Shown: one piece after another, positions 41,497-50,654 of the stretch
Position numbering within the stretch: the first letter of the stretch is position 1
Layout: every line of letters starts with the position of its first letter
DNA from: an uncultured Rhizobiaceae group bacterium
GTDB taxonomy: Bacteria; Pseudomonadota; Alphaproteobacteria; Rhizobiales; Rhizobiaceae
Direction of reading: 5' to 3'
Length of the DNA stretch: 55,087 bases
NCBI GenBank assembly: GCA_937944165.1
Contig: CALDZF010000021.1
Location: 1 to 55,087, forward strand
The notes under the pieces: model-generated
What the model saw: the letters and a program-made list of their open reading frames with translations, nothing else
What the model was told of the DNA's origin: nothing
Databases searched by the model: none
Translations under genes and position numbers: made by a program

Positions 41497-42087
41497 TTGG
41501 CCAGCCCAAAACTTTACTACATTCGCCATGGTCAAACTGATTGGAACGCAGAAATGCGTTTTCAAGGACAACGTGATATTCCGCTGAATGATTTTGGTCG
41601 TAGCCAAGCAAAAGCGAATGGTGAAAAGCTGTTTCATAAAATAGGCAAGGCAGAAGGTTTTAAATTTATTTCAAGCCCCCTTTCGCGTACTCGCGAGACC
41701 ATGGAAATAGTACGCTCTGCAATGGGGCTTGATAAAAGTGACTATACCCAAGACGGCCGTTTAATTGAAATCTCTTACGGCGATTTTGAAGGCAAAACCA
41801 AGCCTGAACTCAAGACTGCAAATCGCGAACTCTTTTTAAACCGCAAGCAAAACGCATGGAATTTCAAACCCAATAATGGAGAGAGCCAGGCTGACACGTT
41901 AATTCGCATTGCCGACTGGTACGCAAGTCTTGAAGCTCATAAAACTTATGTGGTAACAGCCCACGGTGCGGTCGGGCGGGTGCTTCGTTATCACCTTCTT
42001 GATTTGGATCAACAAGAGGCCGCAACCTTTGTCTTTCCACAAGATGAAGTCTTTGAAATCACCAAAGGTAGTGAAAACCGTTTTTAG
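41497..42087 (+). CDS. Histidine phosphatase family protein (phosphoglycerate mutase-like)
   Basis: RHG motif (YYIRHGQTDWN), SPLSRT and a distal AHG. TTG start. Confidence 0.8.
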   Translation: MASPKLYYIRHGQTDWNAEMRFQGQRDIPLNDFGRSQAKANGEKLFHKIGKAEGFKFISSPLSRTRETMEIVRSAMGLDKSDYTQDGRLIEISYGDFEGKTKPELKTANRELFLNRKQNAWNFKPNNGESQADTLIRIADWYASLEAHKTYVVTAHGAVGRVLRYHLLDLDQQEAATFVFPQDEVFEITKGSENRF

Positions 42088-42157
42088 CGACTTTCTCACG
42101 CTTTTCATTCACATCAGTTTGCTCTAGAAAAGCCTTGGGAAACAGTGAGAGTTTTTA

Positions 42158-43255
42158 ATGTCATTTAATTCATTCGGACATTTATTTAGAGTTACGACCT
42201 GGGGCGAGAGCCACGGCATTGCGATTGGCTGTGTGGTTGATGGTTGTCCTCCAGGGATTGAATTTACAATTGCGGAAATTCAGGCCTATCTCGACAAGCG
42301 CAAACCTGGTCAATCAAAGTTCACAACACAACGTAATGAACCAGATGCTGTTGAGGTCTTATCAGGAGTAATGGCGCATGAGACCAATCCTGATGTGATG
42401 ATTTCCACCGGTACGCCAATCTCGCTCATGATCCGCAATACGGATCAACGCTCAAAAGATTATGGCGACATTAAAGACCGTTATCGTCCAGGCCATGCGG
42501 ATTATACTTATGACCTCAAATATGGTGTTCGTGATTACCGTGGTGGGGGTCGTTCTTCTGCCCGCGAAACGGCAACGCGCGCTGCAGCAGGTGCCTTGGC
42601 CAGAAAGGTTGTTCCAACTCTAAACGTTCGCGCTGCCATGGTGCAAATGGGTACAATGAAAATCAACCGCGACAATTGGGATTGGGATCAGGTTAATCAA
42701 AATGATTTCTTCTGCCCTGATGCAAGTGTGATTGATGAATGGTCAGATTACCTCAACAAAATTCGCAAGGACGGTTTGTCTGTGGGCGCTGTTATCGAGG
42801 TGGTTGCAGAAGGCGTACCCGCAGGCATTGGTGCGCCAATTTACGCAAAGCTTGATACAGACATTGCCTCTCACCTGATGTCGATTAATGCGGTTAAGGG
42901 CGTTGAGATCGGCAATGGTTTTGAAGCTGCTGAAATTACAGGCGTTGAAAATGCTGACGAAATGCGTATCGGAGAGAATGGCGAAGTTAAGTTTTTATCA
43001 AACAACGCAGGCGGTATTTTGGGCGGTATTGCAACGGGCCAACCCGTCGTTGCACGCTTTGCTGTCAAACCAACTTCTTCTATGCTAACCAAAACCAAAA
43101 GCGTTACTGCCAAGGGCGAAGAAGTAGACGTCATGACCAAAGGCCGTCACGACCCATGTGTCGGTATTCGTGCCGTTCCAATTGGCGAAGCCATGGTAGC
43201 ATGCGCAATTGCTGACCATTATTTAATGCATCGAGGGCAAACGGGAAGAGTATAA
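42158..43255 (+). CDS. aroC: Chorismate synthase
   Basis: 365 aa with [37 protein letters not shown] and GRHDPCV. Confidence 0.95.
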   Translation: MSFNSFGHLFRVTTWGESHGIAIGCVVDGCPPGIEFTIAEIQAYLDKRKPGQSKFTTQRNEPDAVEVLSGVMAHETNPDVMISTGTPISLMIRNTDQRSKDYGDIKDRYRPGHADYTYDLKYGVRDYRGGGRSSARETATRAAAGALARKVVPTLNVRAAMVQMGTMKINRDNWDWDQVNQNDFFCPDASVIDEWSDYLNKIRKDGLSVGAVIEVVAEGVPAGIGAPIYAKLDTDIASHLMSINAVKGVEIGNGFEAAEITGVENADEMRIGENGEVKFLSNNAGGILGGIATGQPVVARFAVKPTSSMLTKTKSVTAKGEEVDVMTKGRHDPCVGIRAVPIGEAMVACAIADHYLMHRGQTGRV

Positions 43256-43259
43256 GTTT

Positions 43260-44375
43260 ATGAGTTACGACCAGCAAAAAATCGTTGATGCTATTCGTGC
43301 GTTTGAGGCGGGTGAAATTGTCGTTGTAACCGACGATGATGACCGAGAAAATGAGGGCGATCTGATTGTTGCGGCGGTGCATTGTACGGCTGAAAAAATG
43401 GCGATGATTGTGCGCCATACTTCCGGCATTGTGTGTGCGCCAATGACCGCCAAGGAAGCTGACAGACTTAACCTTAATCCCATGGTTGCCAATAATGATG
43501 ATCCGCATGCAACAGCCTTTACCGTGTCAGTTGATTATAAACACGGAACCACCACAGGCATTTCTGCTGATGATAGAACCTCTACTGTTAGAGGGTTGGC
43601 TAATCCGAATGCGGGTGCAAAAGATTTTTCAAGACCAGGTCATATCTTCCCGCTCGTGGCAAAAGAAGGTGGTGTTCTTATTCGTTCAGGCCATACAGAG
43701 GCTGCAGTTGATCTGTGCAAATTATCCAGTTTGCCCGAAGTCGGTGTAATATCTGAACTCGTCAACGATGATGGCACAGTTATGCGTGGGCCCCAAGTCA
43801 TGGAGTTTGCACAGGCTAACAATCTAAAAACAATCTCTGTTGCTGATCTGATTTCTTACCGCCAACGCCAGGAAAGCCTGATTGACAGAATTGAGTGCGT
43901 TCCTGTTGAAACGGCTTGTGGTGAAGCGCAGGCTTATACTTATAAAACCAAATGGGACACCATGCACCACTTGGCCATTGTGTATGGCGACATTCGCGAT
44001 GGGCAAGATGTTCCTGTGCGCTTGCATATTGAATCTGTTTTAAACGATGCCTTTGGTGCGAATACGCAGCTGCGCGATATGATGAAAAAAATGTCTGATG
44101 CGGGACGTGGCGTAATTGTTTATCTGCGTGAAGGTTCTGTAGGTGTCGCTTCTGGCAATGGACGTTTAAAAGATGCGCTTACGGCAAACGATCGTGAAGA
44201 CCACGAAACAGCCCAATCTCGCGAAGATGAATGGCTTGAAATTGGTCTTGGTGCACAAATTCTAAAAGATCTTGGCATTCAATCCATCAAACTATACGCT
44301 TCACGCGAACGCCATTACGTTGGTCTCGAAGGTTTTGGCATTGAAATTACTGAAACCCTGACGGAGGATAATTAA
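43260..44375 (+). CDS. ribB: 3,4-dihydroxy-2-butanone-4-phosphate synthase fused to a degenerate GTP cyclohydrolase II-like domain
   Basis: The N-terminal DHBPS domain has DDDDRENEGDLI and RSGHTEA. The C-terminal GCHII-like domain lacks the zinc-binding cysteines (VRLHIESVLNDAFGANTQL). Confidence 0.88.
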   Translation: MSYDQQKIVDAIRAFEAGEIVVVTDDDDRENEGDLIVAAVHCTAEKMAMIVRHTSGIVCAPMTAKEADRLNLNPMVANNDDPHATAFTVSVDYKHGTTTGISADDRTSTVRGLANPNAGAKDFSRPGHIFPLVAKEGGVLIRSGHTEAAVDLCKLSSLPEVGVISELVNDDGTVMRGPQVMEFAQANNLKTISVADLISYRQRQESLIDRIECVPVETACGEAQAYTYKTKWDTMHHLAIVYGDIRDGQDVPVRLHIESVLNDAFGANTQLRDMMKKMSDAGRGVIVYLREGSVGVASGNGRLKDALTANDREDHETAQSREDEWLEIGLGAQILKDLGIQSIKLYASRERHYVGLEGFGIEITETLTEDN

Positions 44376-44377
44376 CC

Positions 44378-45325
44378 TTGAAAAATTTTTTAAAACCTTT
44401 TCTTTCATTTTGTCTTCTGGGAGCAATTTCATTTCAGGCATATGCACAGTTACAACCCTTAACACCGCTTGAGTCGCAATGGGTCGCAGAGGAAATAACG
44501 GATGGTAGCGTTCCTGCTGCCATTCTTCCGGACAAACGTGCAATTGCGCGTAATGGATTGCCTGATGGCCGCGTAACAACAGGCACAGGCGATATTATTG
44601 AAGCTTGGTATAGTGAACCCACAACACGCTATGCTCATGCTGTTTTAGGAGATGGAGTTGAAGCTGGCGCGCTTAAAGTAAAAAATACCCGAGGCGAAAC
44701 CTATACCTTCCGCTTGCCAAGTACCGAGGTTTTTGAAGATATTGCCCCAAGGCTTGCAGATTTGGACGGCAATGGCACAACAGAAATAATTAGTATTCTT
44801 TCATCCCAAAGAGGTGGTGCTTCCATTGCAGTTTTTAGCCTTAATGGAAATGCCTTTAACAAAATCGCACAAACGCCGTTTATTGGACAATCAAACAGAT
44901 GGTTGAACATTGCGGAGATTAATCATTTTACAGGTTCAAGGCGTCCAGAAATTGCAGCGGTCATCACCCCTCATCTGGCTGGCATCCTGCAATTTTATAG
45001 ATTTACAAATGGAACTTTGTCCAGGGTAGCACAGGCGAATGGAAATTATTCTAACCATTTCATAGGCTCAAATGAGTTGCGCCTTTCAACGACAGCCGAT
45101 GTTAATGGCAATGGCATTCCAGATTTGATTTTACCTTCTTTGGCACGTAATGAACTATTGTTTGTAGGGCGTGAAGAAAACCAAATGGTAGAACTTGGTC
45201 GCATCCCATTACCAGCGCGTATTAACAGGCCAATCGCCAAACGTTTGGTTGACGAAAAATTAGAGTTCATTGTTGGTCTGGATAATGGTAGGATATTCTC
45301 TATCAGCAAACAGCAACCTCAATAA
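44378..45325 (+). CDS. Secreted FG-GAP/VCBS-like repeat protein, function unknown
   Basis: Signal peptide MKNFLKPFLSFCLLGAISFQAYAQ. Calcium-binding-type repeats ADLDGNGTTEII and ADVNGNGIPDLIL. The TTG start has GGAGGA 9 nt upstream. Confidence 0.55.
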   Translation: MKNFLKPFLSFCLLGAISFQAYAQLQPLTPLESQWVAEEITDGSVPAAILPDKRAIARNGLPDGRVTTGTGDIIEAWYSEPTTRYAHAVLGDGVEAGALKVKNTRGETYTFRLPSTEVFEDIAPRLADLDGNGTTEIISILSSQRGGASIAVFSLNGNAFNKIAQTPFIGQSNRWLNIAEINHFTGSRRPEIAAVITPHLAGILQFYRFTNGTLSRVAQANGNYSNHFIGSNELRLSTTADVNGNGIPDLILPSLARNELLFVGREENQMVELGRIPLPARINRPIAKRLVDEKLEFIVGLDNGRIFSISKQQPQ

Positions 45326-45338
45326 ATGAGAACAAGTT

Positions 45339-46265
45339 GTGACAACACGCCTATATACCCACAATCTATCAGTAGAACATATAACACCACCTGGACATCC
45401 AGAACGTCCTGATAGAATTCGTGCATTAGACAAGGTATTTGCTGAACCACAATTTAATGCCCTAGTACGCGTAGAGGCGCCACGCGCTGACACTGCCTGG
45501 TTTGAGGTGGCACATCCAAAAAATCATCTAAAAATGATTCAAGACAGCATCCCTGACACAGGCATTGCAACTGTGGATGCAGATACCAGCGCAAGCCCAA
45601 AAAGCTGGGAAGTTGTTACTCACGTGTGTGGTGCAGCAATGGATGCGGTGGATGCTGTTTTTAACAAAGATGCAGATAACGCATTTGTTTCAATGCGCCC
45701 TCCTGGTCACCACGCAGAAAGAACCACTGCTATGGGTTTTTGCCTTGTAAACAACATCGCAATAGCTGCCAGATACGCACAACAAACTCATGGCGCTGAA
45801 CGCATAGCCATTGTTGATTTTGATGTTCATCACGGTAATGGCACGCAAGATATTTTCTATGATGATCCAAGTGTTATGTTTGCCTCCACCCATCAAATGC
45901 CTCTTTACCCAGGTTCAGGCGCTTTAAATGAAACAGGCAAAGGTAATATTTTCAATGCTCCTTTATCCGATGGCAATGATGGTTCCAAATTCAAGCAAGC
46001 TTTTCGCGAGCGGGTATTACCAGCATTGGATAATTTCAAACCAGACCTCTTGATGATTTCAGCAGGGTTTGATGCACATTACAAAGACCCGCTTGCAGGA
46101 CTTAATTTGATAGCAGATGACTTTGATTGGGTAACAGGCAAGCTCATGGAGGTGGCAGATGAATGTTGCGATAGCCGCATTGTTAGCTTACTTGAAGGTG
46201 GATATGATTTGGAAGGGCTTGCAGAGTCTGCGTCATCTCATGTAAACCGTTTAATGACTGGGTAA
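45339..46265 (+). CDS. Histone deacetylase-family (acetoin utilization/acetylpolyamine amidohydrolase-like) protein
   Basis: PGHPERPDR, RPPGHHAE, DFDVHHGNGTQ and EGGY. GTG start. Confidence 0.88.
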   Translation: MTTRLYTHNLSVEHITPPGHPERPDRIRALDKVFAEPQFNALVRVEAPRADTAWFEVAHPKNHLKMIQDSIPDTGIATVDADTSASPKSWEVVTHVCGAAMDAVDAVFNKDADNAFVSMRPPGHHAERTTAMGFCLVNNIAIAARYAQQTHGAERIAIVDFDVHHGNGTQDIFYDDPSVMFASTHQMPLYPGSGALNETGKGNIFNAPLSDGNDGSKFKQAFRERVLPALDNFKPDLLMISAGFDAHYKDPLAGLNLIADDFDWVTGKLMEVADECCDSRIVSLLEGGYDLEGLAESASSHVNRLMTG

Positions 46266-46331
46266 AAGCTCATTCTGTTGGATGCGTAGTCAAAAAGAAA
46301 AGAATGGGCTTAAGTAAGAGTGGATTTTAAA

Positions 46332-46580
46332 ATGAGCGGCGAAAATAACGACATTAAAGATATGAGCTTTGAACAAGCACTTGAACAATTGGAAGCAATT
46401 GTTGAAAGTCTGGAACAAGGCAATGTAGCTCTTGATAAATCTATTGCTCACTATGAACGTGGTGAAGCACTTCGTAACCATTGCAGCAAACTGTTAAAAA
46501 CTGCCGAAGATAAAGTTGAAAAAATCAGACTGGATGGCTCAGGCAACCCAACTGGCAGCGAACCGCTGGACCCTGAATAA
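46332..46580 (+). CDS. xseB: Exodeoxyribonuclease VII small subunit
   Basis: [36 protein letters not shown] is the XseB helical-hairpin signature. I prefer the ATG at 46332 to the GTG at 46320. Confidence 0.85.
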   Translation: MSGENNDIKDMSFEQALEQLEAIVESLEQGNVALDKSIAHYERGEALRNHCSKLLKTAEDKVEKIRLDGSGNPTGSEPLDPE

Positions 46581-46683
46581 TACAACGCAAGTCAATCTGC
46601 CGCATCTTCATACATTCATGTGATTTGCCGTTTAGATAGCCAAATTTTAGAAGTACTTAAGTGAAATTATTTCGAGACTGAGT

Positions 46684-47283
46684 ATGAAAATTCTTCGTTT
46701 TATTCTTTGGGGATGTGTTGTCATAGTCGCAGCAATTGCAAGCTATGCAGTGGTAAATCAACAGACAAAACCTGAGAAAATACAACAAGCTGGCATCAGC
46801 AAAATTGGCGGCCCTTTTAATCTTGTTGATAATAAAGGAAAAGCCATCACTCAAGAAGATTTGCTTGGCAGAAATCATGTAATCTTTTTCGGATTTACAA
46901 ATTGTCCAGATATTTGCCCAGCGACACTGCTAGAAGTAGCCTCTTGGATGAAGGATTTGGATGGGGATGCTGACAAACTTGATTTTTATTTTTTTACCGT
47001 TGATCCTGAGCGTGATAACCCAGAAATTTTAAACGATTACGTAAATGCCTTTGACCCACGCATTACCGGCGTAACAGGTGATGCAGAAGAAATGACCAAA
47101 ACCCTAAAAGCATATAAGTCATTTGCCCAAAAAGTGGATTTAGGCGAAGGTGATTACACGATGGATCACTCTGCTTCTGTTTTGCTGTTTAAGCCTGATG
47201 GTAGTTTTAAGGGAACTATTTCCTTTGGAGAGAAAGACGAAATCGCCCTTGAAAAACTACGCCGTTTAATCAAGAATAGTTAA
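46684..47283 (+). CDS. SCO1/SenC-family copper chaperone
   Basis: N-terminal TM anchor, CxxxC copper site (FTNCPDICP) and a distal DHS. Confidence 0.88.
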   Translation: MKILRFILWGCVVIVAAIASYAVVNQQTKPEKIQQAGISKIGGPFNLVDNKGKAITQEDLLGRNHVIFFGFTNCPDICPATLLEVASWMKDLDGDADKLDFYFFTVDPERDNPEILNDYVNAFDPRITGVTGDAEEMTKTLKAYKSFAQKVDLGEGDYTMDHSASVLLFKPDGSFKGTISFGEKDEIALEKLRRLIKNS

Positions 47284-47312
47284 GCTCAGAACCTATTAAT
47301 TTGATTAAAATG
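47280..47312 (+). repeat. Copy of the dispersed intergenic repeat
   Basis: TTAAGCTCAGAACCTATTAATTTGATTAAAATG. It begins on the SCO1 stop codon and has 3 mismatches in 30 nt against 48014-48043. Confidence 0.6.
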
Positions 47313-47444
47313 ACATTTATCGAGAAAACATTATTGGCAATTGGCACAGGTTTCTTCTTTGGGGTAACTACTTGGCTATGGTCTGAAACAGGTGAAGCCG
47401 TGTTCATAAGCAGAGCATATGCCTTTATTCAAAACTGCTTTTAA
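47310..47444 (+). CDS. Possible 44-aa hydrophobic peptide (below the ORF-track cutoff)
   Basis: My own translation: MTFIEKTLLAIGTGFFFGVTTWLWSETGEAVFISRAYAFIQNCF. It has one TM-like segment and its ATG is the last triplet of the repeat copy. No Shine-Dalgarno is seen. Confidence 0.2.
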   Translation: MTFIEKTLLAIGTGFFFGVTTWLWSETGEAVFISRAYAFIQNCF

Positions 47445-47553
47445 TAATTTAATAACCAATGATATTTCATTTTTGGTAACCAGCTTTCTTTTAGCTTCTC
47501 TAACCTCGCTCCTGTAAAATTTAATTCAAATTGTAATTAAAGGATTTGCAGAA

Positions 47554-47943
47554 ATGAAAAAAGTCACTGCCGCTAGTATTGCGTTGGCATTGATGGCAAG
47601 TACATCTGTCGCAGCTCAAACAGTAAAATATGATACAACTATTGCAAAAGCCGCAGCAGCAAAGGCAGCGGAAAAACTTGGTAAGATCAGAGGGTCAATC
47701 GACTATGATCAAGTTCCGGATATGGTAACTTTAGAAACTTTGAAAGCTCAAGATAATAAAGTCAGCTCTATTCCGGATTATAACATTCCAACAGAACCCA
47801 AAGAAGATACTTTACTATCGATAACATCTATTTTCCCCAGTTTGGATAAAACTGTTACCGGAAGCATTCAAACCAGGAAATCATCTATTAAGCGAAAAGT
47901 CATTTGGGAAAAGTTTGACCGCTATGGCAATCCAATAGAATAA
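47554..47943 (+). CDS. Small secreted protein, function unknown
   Basis: 129 aa with signal peptide MKKVTAASIALALMASTSVAAQ and AAAGGA upstream of the ATG. No recognisable domain. Confidence 0.5.
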   Translation: MKKVTAASIALALMASTSVAAQTVKYDTTIAKAAAAKAAEKLGKIRGSIDYDQVPDMVTLETLKAQDNKVSSIPDYNIPTEPKEDTLLSITSIFPSLDKTVTGSIQTRKSSIKRKVIWEKFDRYGNPIE

Positions 47944-47997
47944 AGTTGCCTTTCAATCTTAACACGTGCGACAAGTGATATAGATTTTCACAAGCGT

Positions 47998-48013
47998 GTT
48001 AGGCTCAGAACCT
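47998..48013 (+). repeat. Truncated repeat unit abutting the palindromic element
   Basis: GTTAGGCTCAGAACCT is followed immediately by AGGCTCAGGACCT. This is a 13-nt tandem duplication of the repeat's 5' part. Confidence 0.5.
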
Positions 48014-48293
48014 AGGCTCAGGACCTATTAATTTGGTTAAAATGGTTGGGACAAGTTTTTGCGGATAATAGATGTGAGACGCAGTAAACCTCTTGGTTTG
48101 CAAGTCGAGACAACGCATTAGCCCGTGAAAACCTGCCCAATCCACCTGTCAATCCGAAGGACGATTGTTATGACGGCGAACTACAGCGTTAAAGCTTTTG
48201 ACTGGGGTATAGACCCCACTCTGCAAACTTTTCCTTGTATTTCTTGTCATAACAAACGCCATTTCAATCAAATTAATAGGTCCTGAGCCTAGG
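48011..48293. repeat. 283-bp palindromic element (MITE-like or structured RNA): 35-bp terminal inverted repeats around a 213-bp core
   Basis: 48011-48045 (CCTAGGCTCAGGACCTATTAATTTGGTTAAAATGG) against the reverse complement of 48259-48293 gives 33/35 matches. Both arms belong to the dispersed repeat family. Confidence 0.6.
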
Positions 48294-48367
48294 GTATTGT
48301 TCTTCCATATTTACTTGTCCTTTTGACAAATTAATAAAGGGAAAGCTTATCTGCCCCAGGGAATAAT

Positions 48368-49111
48368 ATGGCTAAGATTAGATTAGATGAATGGCTAGTT
48401 GAAAATGGCCACTATGCATCACGCGCTCGCGCACGTGATGCGATTTTGCGTGGATGCGTTTCTATGGATGGCAGTGGCGCCATAAAACCATCGCGCAATG
48501 TGCTTGACCCTGACAGCATAAAGATTGATGACCCTGCTGCAAAACTGGTTTCCAGAGCTGCTATCAAACTAGAGTTTGGCTTAAAAGAAACAGGCTATAC
48601 TCCAAAAGATAAAATTGCTGTAGACATTGGCGCTTCCACAGGTGGGTTTTGCCAAATTCTACTCAATGAAGGGGCTAAAAAAGTTTTTGGCGTTGATGTT
48701 GGTCATGATCAAATGGATCAAAGCCTGATAGATAACCCCAAGCTTATTAATCTTGAAGGCATAAATGCGCGCGAACTAACGTTAGATGATTTGGACAATA
48801 TGCCTCCACAATTTATTAGTTGTGATGTCAGCTTTATATCGCTAACACTTGCGCTTCCTCCTGTGCTTCAAATGGCCGAACAAAATACACAAGGTATATT
48901 TCTTATCAAACCGCAATTTGAAGTGGGGAAAGATGGTCTTGGCAAAGGTGGTATAGTGCGCGAAGAAGGCCTTGCAATTAAGACATCGCATAGCATTCGC
49001 GATTGGCTGGATAATTTTCCAGGTTGGAATGTAACACACTTCATGCCCTCCCCCCTCAAAGGTGGTGATGGCAATAAAGAATTTCTTATGGCAGCAATAA
49101 AAAATGACTGA
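48368..49111 (+). CDS. tlyA: TlyA-family rRNA 2'-O-methyltransferase (S4 domain plus FtsJ-like MTase)
   Basis: The N-terminal S4-like RLDEWLVENGHYASRARARDAI, SAM motif VDIGASTGGF and KPQFE. Confidence 0.88.
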   Translation: MAKIRLDEWLVENGHYASRARARDAILRGCVSMDGSGAIKPSRNVLDPDSIKIDDPAAKLVSRAAIKLEFGLKETGYTPKDKIAVDIGASTGGFCQILLNEGAKKVFGVDVGHDQMDQSLIDNPKLINLEGINARELTLDDLDNMPPQFISCDVSFISLTLALPPVLQMAEQNTQGIFLIKPQFEVGKDGLGKGGIVREEGLAIKTSHSIRDWLDNFPGWNVTHFMPSPLKGGDGNKEFLMAAIKND

Positions 49112-50330
49112 AGTTAAAATTGATTTTATCGGCCATAAAGGTGATGGCGTTGCACACCTTAATGGCAATGCCGTGTATGTTCCTTTTACTTTGGAAGGCG
49201 AAACACTAATAATACAAGGCAGTGGGCCTCGTCGTGATATTCTGGAAATTAAACAAACTTCTTCTGATCGTATTGAGCCAATATGTAAGCACTATGGAAC
49301 ATGCGGTGGTTGTCAATTACAGCATATGCAAGAGCAAACTTACCTTAAATGGAAAATGAAACTTGTCACCGAACCTTTATCCAGAGTTGGCATTACTCAA
49401 ACACCTGAGGCAATTATTTCTTTTAACGATGCAAGTCGCCGCAAATGTGTTTTTAATGCTCAACGTACCCATCAAGGCATGCAATTAGGTTTTAGCGAAA
49501 AAGCTCGCAACGAAATTGTTGCGATTGAAACCTGCCCTATATTGGTTTCAGAAATCAACGAGCGACTGCCATTACTACGCGACCTTGTGAATTCCGTACC
49601 AACCACCAAAAACCCAATACGGATTTCAGTTTTAAGTACTGAAAACGGACTTGATATATCTATTGAAGATGCCAAGCCTTTATCTGCTGCTGAACGACAA
49701 ATCCTAATTAAGAAAACAGTGGCAAATAAGTTTACGCGGCTAACGATTAATGATGAAGTGCTGATTAAAACAGCAGAACCTCACATCAAAATTGCCAGTA
49801 CAATTATCTCCCCTCCACCGGCTGCTTTTGTTCAAGCGCTTAAAGAAGCGGAAGACACGATGACTGATATTGTTGCTGATTTTTTAAAAGGCTGCAAACA
49901 AGTAGCAGACCTTTACTGCGGGATAGGCACATTTGCACTTAAACTAGCAGAAAACTCTCAAGTTTATGCTGTAGAAGAAAGTCAAATGGCGCTTGAAAGC
50001 CTCGATCAGGCTTGGCGCCAAACAGGTGGAATACTTAAGCAGGTAAAAACAGAAAAGCGTAATCTTGAACGCCGCCCTGTTACTTTTGGTGAATTAAAAA
50101 AGATGGATGGATTAGTTTTTGACCCACCACGCGCAGGCGCTGAACTTCAATGCAAACAAATTGCAAAATCACGTGTAAAAAAAGTGGCTGCCGTATCTTG
50201 CAACCCAACAACATTGGCAGTTGATTTGGAAATATTGTTGGCAAGTGGTTTTAAAATCAAACGCATTATACCAATTGACCAGTTTAAATATACACCACAT
50301 GTCGAAGTGATGGTTTTGTTGGAACGTTAA
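49104..50330 (+). CDS. RumA/TrmA-family RNA (uracil-5-)-methyltransferase with Fe-S cluster
   Basis: TRAM-like N-terminus, cluster cysteines CKHYGTCGGCQLQH, SAM motif DLYCGIGTF, DPPRAG and nucleophile context VSCNP. It overlaps the tlyA stop by 8 nt. Confidence 0.85.
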   Translation: MTEVKIDFIGHKGDGVAHLNGNAVYVPFTLEGETLIIQGSGPRRDILEIKQTSSDRIEPICKHYGTCGGCQLQHMQEQTYLKWKMKLVTEPLSRVGITQTPEAIISFNDASRRKCVFNAQRTHQGMQLGFSEKARNEIVAIETCPILVSEINERLPLLRDLVNSVPTTKNPIRISVLSTENGLDISIEDAKPLSAAERQILIKKTVANKFTRLTINDEVLIKTAEPHIKIASTIISPPPAAFVQALKEAEDTMTDIVADFLKGCKQVADLYCGIGTFALKLAENSQVYAVEESQMALESLDQAWRQTGGILKQVKTEKRNLERRPVTFGELKKMDGLVFDPPRAGAELQCKQIAKSRVKKVAAVSCNPTTLAVDLEILLASGFKIKRIIPIDQFKYTPHVEVMVLLER

Positions 50331-50333
50331 ATT

Positions 50334-50654
50334 ATGAATATACAACTTGTTTTTCTTGGGATTTTATCTGTTATCATCGCCTTTTATCTTAAGGTTAAGG
50401 CAGATGGGTTTGAGCTTTCAGGCGATACTGCCGCAGAACTTCAACATTCAAAAAGCCTACTGCATTATGTATTCTCAATTCTGCTTAGCCTACTTGGTGC
50501 TATTCTGGTTTATCTATCCTGGAAACCACCTGCCAAGATAAAGCCTGCCATACTATCAAAAAGTGCAACTGCCTTATATCTGCTCTTATTACTTGTTTTT
50601 ATTGCATTTAATTACTTTTTAGGTATGACATTGCATCATGGGGCAAATAGTTAG
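50334..50654 (+). CDS. Small membrane protein, function unknown
   Basis: 106 aa with three predicted TM helices. It overlaps the next gene by 17 nt. Confidence 0.4.
   Translation: MNIQLVFLGILSVIIAFYLKVKADGFELSGDTAAELQHSKSLLHYVFSILLSLLGAILVYLSWKPPAKIKPAILSKSATALYLLLLLVFIAFNYFLGMTLHHGANS

Noticed and set aside
47998-48004. GTTAGGC (and GTTAAGC at 47279-47285) at the 5' edge of the repeats matches the integron attC core GTTRRRY, which suggested gene cassettes.
   Set aside because: There is no intI integrase and no complementary RYYYAAC partner at the right distance. The inverted arms are 213 bp apart, far longer than an attC site. The flanking genes are core housekeeping genes.
48120-48137. 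AGCCCGTGAAAACCTGCC inside the palindromic element resembles the cobalamin riboswitch B12 box (AGYCMGGAGACCKGCC).
   Set aside because: The spacing inside the box is wrong by 2 nt. The other conserved cobalamin riboswitch elements (GGGAA, GGUG...AAUCC, CCACUG upstream of the box) are absent or in the wrong order. The downstream gene, tlyA, has no link to B12.
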